Shown here: piece by piece, positions 57,194 to 64,000 of the stretch
Position numbering within the stretch: position 1 is the first letter of the stretch
Layout: every line of letters begins with the position of its first letter
Source: Nitrospinaceae bacterium
GTDB taxonomy: Bacteria > Nitrospinota > Nitrospinia > Nitrospinales > Nitrospinaceae
NCBI GenBank assembly: GCA_965237905.1
Contig: OZ250172.1
Span: 992,001-1,056,000, forward strand
DNA length: 64,000 bases
Direction of reading: 5' to 3'
Notes under the pieces: generated by a model
Seen by the model: only the letters and a program-made list of their open reading frames with translations
Told to the model about the DNA's origin: nothing
Databases searched by the model: none
Translations under genes and position numbers: made by a program

Positions 57194-57811
57194 ATGGAAT
57201 GGCTGGATCAAGATAAGGATACCCTGGACTTTTTAGTCCGACAAAGACGTAACTTGATGATCGCGAGCATAATGCTTTTTCTCGTAAAAGGTCATGGGCT
57301 TCATCCTATAGCGAGCGGGGATCCTGAGATGACTATATTAGGATATAAGTTTAGTTTCGCAACCTCCATTGATGTGCCTAATATCCTGACCTTAGCTGTC
57401 CTCTACTTTATTATTCGTTTTGCCCAGTATTTCCAAACATTAAAAGGAGGTTATATAAAAAAAACGCTCAGAGAACAGAGCGCTGATTATGTCAAAAATT
57501 TAGCAAAAAAATCTTTCGTTAGTTCAAAAATTCAAAAGGGGGCTTTGAAGGTCGAAGTCAGAGATTCGGAAATTACTCGCGTTGATCCGTATGAAATCAA
57601 AATTAGTTCTTGGATCGAAAAGAAACCTAACCAACACCACGGTGAGGAAAGGGTGGTTACATTAAATAAATGGGAGCGATTTCGCGTTTCTTTTTATGCT
57701 TGGCGGCAAGTCATCAACTATACTCCTATTTTTACTGAGTTTATTCTTCCTGTTTTCTTTGGGTTAGGCGCTTCCGGTTATTATTTTTCTAAAATGACGA
57801 TTATATTTTAA
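57194..57811 (+). CDS. AT-rich hypothetical membrane protein
   Basis: GGGGG RBS-like before ATG 57194; three hydrophobic segments; AT-richer than flanks. Confidence 0.65.
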   Translation: MEWLDQDKDTLDFLVRQRRNLMIASIMLFLVKGHGLHPIASGDPEMTILGYKFSFATSIDVPNILTLAVLYFIIRFAQYFQTLKGGYIKKTLREQSADYVKNLAKKSFVSSKIQKGALKVEVRDSEITRVDPYEIKISSWIEKKPNQHHGEERVVTLNKWERFRVSFYAWRQVINYTPIFTEFILPVFFGLGASGYYFSKMTIIF

Positions 57812-57967
57812 AGTAAGAGAGTTTTATGGAAGAACTGAAAAAGAAGCTCACTTCCGAAATACTCCCCGAATTCACCAAAGGCGGAGATTCCGGGCGATCC
57901 TCCGCCTGGTCCGGGACCAGATTCTCTCTTGGCAGAATCAACACACCAAATACAGGTGAGAAATCGG

Positions 57968-58402
57968 TTGACAGTGCTCTATATAGTGCTATCTTGAGGC
58001 TGTCCTAATTATGGGGCCCTCAACAAAAGGAGTTTTATGCGGTTCTTGAAGCTCATATTGAGGCCTCCCTTGCTCGCTCGGTAGTTGGTGCTACCGATAG
58101 TTGAACCACGAGGGACGGACATCGAAGCACCCAAAAGATTGGCAATCCTCAAGGACACCTCACGATTTTATAGGATTATGAGAACTTTGAGGACCCTGCG
58201 CCAAGTGGTGCACCAACACCATCGGGTCCAATATAAAACCCGGTTATAATAGTTTTCCCCGTTACGGGACGGCTTGGATATGGTGAGAGGGTTCGTAGGT
58301 TGAGCCGGTTTGCTTTGTGGCAAGTGGTGATAGCTTGGTTGCTACACCAGCAGGCCATGTTGCTGAATCGAAGTGAGTGCGACCCTCAGCTTCACTTTTT
58401 TT
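57968..58402 (+). ncRNA. Candidate promoter-driven structured RNA with a 15-codon ORF (unassigned)
   Basis: TTGACA-N16-TATCTT, many hairpins, final stem followed by T7. Confidence 0.4.
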
Positions 58403-58437
58403 AAACCCCAAGGAGACTAGCGGTCCGAGAGGAGGTT

Positions 58438-59061
58438 TCACGCTCCATTGAGTCCCGGTCCGTCGAGGGTGTTCAGGCGCACCACATCCTCCACCGGATG
58501 ACGGTACGCCCTTGGCCGCGGGGCACCCTTCTGATGACCCAGCACGACAATCATTACGGGAATGAGGTTGGGGGTCAGCTTTAGAATCTTTGAAACTGCT
58601 TCCGGATCGAACCCGATCATCGGGCCCGTCACCCATCCGCGATTGACGGCGCCATACATCAACGTCATCGCCGCGAGCGAGGCACTGCGAATCGCTTCGT
58701 CGCGTTGCGCCTGAGGTTTGCCTTCGTAGAAATTTTGAATCATGGGCACCATTTCCCCCCGAATTTCTTCCGGGGCCTCCTGATAAATTTTTGAAGCGTC
58801 TTTGTAGGCGTCCAGCTTGCCGCACACCAGAATCGCCACTGAGCTTTCCTCCACCTGCGGTTGACCCCACGCCGCTTCCCTGAATTTCTTCTTCATGGCG
58901 GAATCTTTGACCGCTATAAAAATCCAGTGCTGAAGATTGAACGAACTGGGGCTCAAGACCACTTCATCGAACAGCTCCTTGAGCTCCGCATCGCTGATGG
59001 TTTTTTCAGTTTCGTAGGATTTAACACTGCGACGTTGCTGAACAATCTCCAAAAATTCCAT
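58438..59061 (-). CDS. Nitroreductase family protein
   Basis: RRSVKSY, SPSSFNLQHW, PMIGFD. Confidence 0.92.
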   Translation of the reverse strand: MEFLEIVQQRRSVKSYETEKTISDAELKELFDEVVLSPSSFNLQHWIFIAVKDSAMKKKFREAAWGQPQVEESSVAILVCGKLDAYKDASKIYQEAPEEIRGEMVPMIQNFYEGKPQAQRDEAIRSASLAAMTLMYGAVNRGWVTGPMIGFDPEAVSKILKLTPNLIPVMIVVLGHQKGAPRPRAYRHPVEDVVRLNTLDGPGLNGA

Positions 59062-59099
59062 GATCCATTCCTTTCTACTGTAACCATTTCACACTTGGT

Positions 59100-59969
59100 T
59101 TATTTAAGGACACTCCAATCCTGTTGTTTCGCCCAATCGTTGAAATTTTGCCATGGCACTTCCGGAAATTCCTTATGCAAATTCTTGATGTCCGCCGAAT
59201 AGCCGACCTTATTGAACCACGAGAACATTTCGGCGAAATCGGCATTTTCGGCCCGCATGAATTCCGGATCGAAGCCTTCGTATCCGATGGTACGCCCACT
59301 GGCTTTGGAGATCGCTGCGACCGTCTCTTTCCCGGTCAACTCATCCCCGGCGATATCGAACCGCTTACCGAAAACTTTGTCCCGGCGCTCAATCATGGCT
59401 GCCGAAAAGGCCCCGATGTCATGGACCGATACCTGTTGCAGAGGGCGATCCGCCGGCATCGCAAATTTCAGCGTTCCTTCCTGGATGGAAGGCAAAAACC
59501 ACGGCGCGAACCAGTTGTCCATAAAAAATACCGGCGCAACGATGGTGTAAGGAATCTTGATCGACGCGATATGCTGTTCCACTTTGTACTTGCTGTCGAA
59601 GTGGGGAATGTTCGTGTTGCGGTCGCCACTGCCCACCGAGTTAAAAACCAGATGTCCCACCCCGGCCTGTTTCACGGCATCGACCAGATCGATTCCCTGT
59701 TTCGCTTCCGCATCCACGCCGGCTTCATAGGGAGTGGTCATGGCAAGCACCGTGTCCATTCCTTTGGCCGCCTTGACTAGGGAAGCCGAGTTGGTAAAAT
59801 CACCTTTAACGACTTCCACTCCCTGTTCGGCAAGCTGTTTCGCTTTTGGAGAATCCGGGTCGCGCGTCAACGTACGAATACGATGACCTTTCGGTAAAAG
59901 ATTCTGAACCACGGCACCGCCCTGGTTCCCGGTGGCTCCCATCACCAATACTGATAATTTTTTAGACAT
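59100..59969 (-). CDS. NmrA/HSCARG-family protein
   Basis: GATGNQGGAV, IPHFDSK..VE, VFFMDN. Confidence 0.9.
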   Translation of the reverse strand: MSKKLSVLVMGATGNQGGAVVQNLLPKGHRIRTLTRDPDSPKAKQLAEQGVEVVKGDFTNSASLVKAAKGMDTVLAMTTPYEAGVDAEAKQGIDLVDAVKQAGVGHLVFNSVGSGDRNTNIPHFDSKYKVEQHIASIKIPYTIVAPVFFMDNWFAPWFLPSIQEGTLKFAMPADRPLQQVSVHDIGAFSAAMIERRDKVFGKRFDIAGDELTGKETVAAISKASGRTIGYEGFDPEFMRAENADFAEMFSWFNKVGYSADIKNLHKEFPEVPWQNFNDWAKQQDWSVLK

Positions 59970-60027
59970 GATAAACCTCCTGTTTTTACGATTTATAATT
60001 TTGAAATCCCCTTTAGATCAAAGAGGG

Positions 60028-60624
60028 TTATTCGATAGCTGCATACAGTTCGCCGAGTACCGGCATGATCTTGGGTCCCGCGTCTTCCGCCCAGTTATCC
60101 ACCATCTCGGACAAAATCTGAACTGTGGAGACCACACCGATACCGGCCTGTCTCATCCGATCCAAGGCAAATCCATCGGAAGCTTTAGTAGCGGAACCGG
60201 AAGCGTCGGCCACTACCTGCACTTCATAGCCTTCATTGGCGGCGTTGAGCGCCGGATACACGACGCAGACTTCCGTCAACAGACCCGCCATGATCAGCTT
60301 CTTGCGACCGGTGGCCTTCACGGCCTTGGCGAAGTTGGGATCGTCGAAGGCGTCAACAATACCCGCCCGTTTGACGCGTGCGGCATATTCCTCCGGCAGG
60401 ATGTCTTTCAGCTCCGGAAACAGTGGACCCTGCGCCTGATCCTCCATACTGCTGGTCAGAACCACTTTCATGCCGGCGGCCTTGGCGGCTTTAGCCAATG
60501 CCAACGTGTTGCGCTTCACTTCTTCATGAGGTGCGGAATGCATCCATCCGATCGTGCCGACCTGATGGTCGATGAGCAGCATCGCCGCATTGTTTGCGTT
60601 GAATCGTTCGTAAGCCATTTTCAA
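60028..60624 (-). CDS. Isochorismatase-family (YcaC-like) hydrolase
   Basis: LLIDHQVG, GPLFPEL, AGLLTEVCV. Confidence 0.88.
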   Translation of the reverse strand: MKMAYERFNANNAAMLLIDHQVGTIGWMHSAPHEEVKRNTLALAKAAKAAGMKVVLTSSMEDQAQGPLFPELKDILPEEYAARVKRAGIVDAFDDPNFAKAVKATGRKKLIMAGLLTEVCVVYPALNAANEGYEVQVVADASGSATKASDGFALDRMRQAGIGVVSTVQILSEMVDNWAEDAGPKIMPVLGELYAAIE

Positions 60625-60630
60625 TCCCCC

Positions 60631-61428
60631 CTATATTCCGTCTTTATATAATGGATAATCCACCTTGGCCGGAACTTCGACCACGGCGATGCGCAGCGGA
60701 CTGTCCGCTTCCGCCTGAATGGAAACCGCTCCCGGCTCCCCGGCATGGACCACTGCAAAGTATCGTGGCTCCAGGTAATGCTTGCCTAACGTGGTTTCAT
60801 CCACCAGCAATCCTTTGCCGTCGATCACCACCATCGCCAATGTCCGATTTGCAGGAAGTTCACGGTCGTAGCGATGACCCGGCTGAATGAGAATGTCCTG
60901 CATGGCCGCTTCCGCCTCGATCGTGACCGGAGCGCCTTCGCCGATGACCTGCTTGATGACCACGCCATCGCGGGCTTCGGTCGGAAAATCTTCGTGGGCG
61001 AATTCCCGGTAAGTCGGAGGTTTGGTGATCGCCTCCCGCAGATTCGGCTCGAACCAGATCTGGAAAAATTCATTATGATCCGCCACTGTTTCTTCTTCAT
61101 GGGAAACGCCCGAACCGGTTTGCATGACCTGGGCACCGCCGGCTTTCACCCGGCTTTTGGTTCCCAGCGTGTCGTAATGGCCAATTTCCCCTTCCAGCGC
61201 ATAACTCATGATTTCGAACGCCTGGTGCGGATGGAGCGCGATCTTGCCGTAACCCTTCGCCGTCGCCCACGCCCAGTAAAACAACGGGCCGGTGTTTTTG
61301 ACATTCGGACCGTCCTGGGGAAAACCGATGGGCTTGATTTCGGTGATGCGCCCGCCGTCAAACTGTCCCACGGCCTGCGCTTCCGGCGGGTAAATTTTGA
61401 TGTCCAGTTCATTCTTGATGGTATTCAT
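60631..61428 (-). CDS. Pirin-family protein
   Basis: HPHQAFEIMSY, HYDTLG, MQTGSGVSHEE, QIW. Confidence 0.85.
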   Translation of the reverse strand: MNTIKNELDIKIYPPEAQAVGQFDGGRITEIKPIGFPQDGPNVKNTGPLFYWAWATAKGYGKIALHPHQAFEIMSYALEGEIGHYDTLGTKSRVKAGGAQVMQTGSGVSHEEETVADHNEFFQIWFEPNLREAITKPPTYREFAHEDFPTEARDGVVIKQVIGEGAPVTIEAEAAMQDILIQPGHRYDRELPANRTLAMVVIDGKGLLVDETTLGKHYLEPRYFAVVHAGEPGAVSIQAEADSPLRIAVVEVPAKVDYPLYKDGI

Positions 61429-61470
61429 GCTCGTGTCCTCAAATGATGTCGTTACTGCAATGATTTTCCG

Positions 61471-61905
61471 TTAGTCCACAATTTTAATTTCCAACTGATG
61501 GCCGTCCGGGTCGAAGAAGTACACCGAATGATTGCGCGGCTCGCCGTCCATTTTCACGCCACTGTCTTTCAACGTTTGGATGATCTCGTCCACCCGATCG
61601 GCGGGGGCGGAGTACGCATAATGCAGATACCCGTCATCGGTCATGATCTTCTGTCCCGCTTCCAAATCGAGGTCCGGTGATTCAAACAAAGCGATCGCCA
61701 CATTACCGGCGTCCACTTCCACATGCTTCAATCCGCCCTGGGTTTCAGTCCGCATGATCACCGGAAATCCCAGGATACCGGTGTAAAAGGCCTCCGCCCG
61801 GTCCATATTACGGACGTTGAGGGCGAAATGATTGATGCCGTCGAGTTTGATGGGTGTTCCCTTTGTTTTGGTGTTTGAGTTTTTTTTCATGGTGTCGCCT
61901 CTCAT
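61471..61905 (-). CDS. VOC/glyoxalase-family protein
   Basis: INHFALNV, FYTGILG, YFFDPDGHQLE. Confidence 0.88.
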   Translation of the reverse strand: MRGDTMKKNSNTKTKGTPIKLDGINHFALNVRNMDRAEAFYTGILGFPVIMRTETQGGLKHVEVDAGNVAIALFESPDLDLEAGQKIMTDDGYLHYAYSAPADRVDEIIQTLKDSGVKMDGEPRNHSVYFFDPDGHQLEIKIVD

Positions 61906-61940
61906 TTAAATTCTGATTGATGCTTCCTGTCCCAATATAA

Positions 61941-61956
61941 TGCACTGACCGTGCCA
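61941..61956 (-). promoter_or_regulatory. sigma54 -24/-12 promoter
   Basis: TGGCACGGTCAGTGCA on the minus strand, divergent from a GAFTGA activator. Confidence 0.8.
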
Positions 61957-62104
61957 AACTCTGCTATTTTATTAGTCCTTTATTTTTAATAGTTTAATGA
62001 TGCGAAAGGACTTCTTTACTTACTACTCATTTGCGTATTTAATGAAATTGAGTAGTACTATTACGATTATGCGTATACAATAAAGGCCTTATCAGGAGTG
62101 TGAG

Positions 62105-63553
62105 ATGGCGAAGAAACCAATAATCGAAAATGATCCGGGACTGGCCCAGTTCACCATTGAGCGGGCGGACGACGCCATACTCTGGCACGACTGTGACGCG
62201 CGCATTCAACACGCCAATCCGGCCGCCTGTGATCTGCTGGGCTACCCGCGGGAAGAGCTGGTGCAGTTGACCATCCAGGATATTAATCCCAGCTCCACCC
62301 CAAAGACCTGGGCGAAATTCTGGAAAGAGTTGCAGAAGAAGAAAGTCCTCGTGTTTGAAGACGATCATCGCACCCGCGACGGCCGAATCATTCCGTTTGA
62401 AACCAAAGTGAATTTTATCGAGTACAAAGGCCGGGAGTATGCCGTGGCGTTCAGCCGGAATATCTCCGAGCGCAAAAGGAATGAAGAGGAAAAAGCCCTG
62501 GCCTACAAGGAAATCTGCCGCCTGCGCAATCAGCTGGAATTGGAAAATGAGTATCTGCAGGAAGAGGTTTTGGAACTGCGGACGTTTGGCGATTTTGTCG
62601 GGCAAAGTCCTGCCTTGCAGAATATTTTAAGGCAGATCGAAATGGTCGCCCCGACCGATGCCAGCGTTCTCATTACCGGTGAATCGGGAACCGGCAAGGA
62701 ACTCATCGCCCATGCCATGCATACCCGAAGCGACCGCAACGCGCGGCGCATGATTCGGGTGAATTGCGCCTCGATTCCCAGGGAACTGTATGAAAGCGAA
62801 TTTTTCGGTCACGTCAAAGGCGCCTTTACCGGGGCGGTGAAAGACCGCGCCGGGCGGTTCGAACTGGCCCACGAGGGAACCCTGTTTCTGGATGAAGTCG
62901 GCGAAATCCCTCTCGAACTCCAAAGCAAATTATTGCGTGTTCTGCAGGAGGGAACGTTTGAGAGGGTCGGTGACGAGAAAACCCGCAATACCGATGTGCG
63001 AATCATTGCCGCCACCAATCGCGACCTCAAACGGGAAGTGGAGGAAGGACGGTTTCGCGAAGATCTGTATTACCGGCTGAATGTGTTTCCCATTGAAGTA
63101 CCTCCCCTCCGCAAACGCACAGAGGATATTCCGCTGTTGGCCGCCCATTTTCTGGAACTCAACGCCCGAAAGCTCAATCTCCCCAAACCGAAACTCAGCC
63201 AGGCCAACATGAACCAACTGCAAACGTATGACTGGCCGGGAAACGTCCGGGAACTGCAAAACGTGATCGAGCGGGCGATCATCACTTCACAGTCCGGTAA
63301 ACTCCATTTCGACCTGCCTGCCGGCAAAACGCCCCAAGGGGCTCCGGCCTCTGGTCGCAGGGAAAAGGCGGCAGGCGAGAAATCCCGGATTCTTACCTTT
63401 GAAGAAATCAAGCAACTGGACCGGGACAACCTCCTCGCCGCCCTGGAACAAACCGGAGGCAAAGTGTTTGGAACAGGCGGCGCCGCCGAGCTTCTCGATA
63501 CCCGCCCCACCACGCTGGCCTCCCGCATCAAACGGCTGGGACTGAAAAAGTGA
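62105..63553 (+). CDS. PAS-domain sigma54-dependent enhancer-binding protein
   Basis: N-terminal [33 protein letters not shown]-terminal HTH. Confidence 0.95.
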   Translation: MAKKPIIENDPGLAQFTIERADDAILWHDCDARIQHANPAACDLLGYPREELVQLTIQDINPSSTPKTWAKFWKELQKKKVLVFEDDHRTRDGRIIPFETKVNFIEYKGREYAVAFSRNISERKRNEEEKALAYKEICRLRNQLELENEYLQEEVLELRTFGDFVGQSPALQNILRQIEMVAPTDASVLITGESGTGKELIAHAMHTRSDRNARRMIRVNCASIPRELYESEFFGHVKGAFTGAVKDRAGRFELAHEGTLFLDEVGEIPLELQSKLLRVLQEGTFERVGDEKTRNTDVRIIAATNRDLKREVEEGRFREDLYYRLNVFPIEVPPLRKRTEDIPLLAAHFLELNARKLNLPKPKLSQANMNQLQTYDWPGNVRELQNVIERAIITSQSGKLHFDLPAGKTPQGAPASGRREKAAGEKSRILTFEEIKQLDRDNLLAALEQTGGKVFGTGGAAELLDTRPTTLASRIKRLGLKK

Positions 63554-63698
63554 CCCATATAGGGGAAAACCATTGATTTTAAAGATCAAAAGCCCAAGTC
63601 CGACAACCGGAGGCAAACAGCGCACTATAATTTCACGGAAAATCCAAGTATAATAGATGCTGGAGTAATCTCCTGAACCTGCACACAAGGACCCCATC

Positions 63699-64000
63699 GT
63701 GATCAAAGGATTCAAGGTCATGACATTTCATCACACGCCGAACCCGGAGGCGGCCCAGTTCATCATGAGCGGGGATGTGATGAAAAAAGGTACCAAAACC
63801 TTTTCCTCTCCGGAATTGTCCAAGGGGGATCTTTTGGCCGAAGCTTTGTTCAAAATCTACGGCGTGGAAAATGTGTTCATCAAGGAAAACTTCGTCACCA
63901 TCACCAAATCACCGGTAGTGGCGTGGACCACAGTGATGGAACCGATTCAAAATGCGCTGGAACAGCACACGACCTTTTATGAAACCTGCGATGAAGACGC
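63699..64000 (+). CDS. Nfu/NifU N-terminal-domain protein, truncated by the window edge
   Basis: Hand translation: TFHHTPNPEAAQF...LAEALFKIYGVENVFIKENFVTITK...W; not in the ORF track. Confidence 0.75.
   Translation, partial: MIKGFKVMTFHHTPNPEAAQFIMSGDVMKKGTKTFSSPELSKGDLLAEALFKIYGVENVFIKENFVTITKSPVVAWTTVMEPIQNALEQHTTFYETCDED

Overview
Bacterial chromosomal window from a flagellated Gram-negative organism (LPS heptose genes, sigma28 flagellins, a sigma54 activator). Protein style suggests Nitrospinota, but I cannot verify that. Left (1-17.8 kb): a giant minus-strand LEPR-XLL/RTX-like repeat protein gene. It is broken by two frameshifts and continues off the left edge into an unannotated lipase-like domain. 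Also here are a DUF3467-type gene, MscS and a 1378-aa membrane protein. Centre (17925-33895): a ~16 kb island integrated in tRNA-Lys(CTT), with 48-bp att repeats and arm-type sites. It carries an integrase, an excisionase and a Rep_trans initiator, a controller-like HTH with a C-box-like operator, and a type I R-M system with frameshifted hsdS and an embedded Mrr-like nuclease. It ends in a TIR / ADP-ribosyltransferase-like / hypoxanthine-DNA-glycosylase cassette, the best candidate for a new defence system. Right (34-64 kb): mostly core genes (Prx6, rmlC, hisAF, LD-carboxypeptidase, two flagellins, Gld-type ABC cluster, dut, macrodomain, LPS operon with a radical SAM gene, sigma54-driven redox operon, Nfu-like gene). 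Three non-coding signals stand out: a ~525-nt structured leader behind tandem NrdR-like boxes upstream of dut, a diverged 97-bp tandem element upstream of the macrodomain gene, and a promoter-driven ~400-nt structured region at 58.0-58.4 kb. No CRISPR array or rRNA seen. All calls are by eye; no searches were run.
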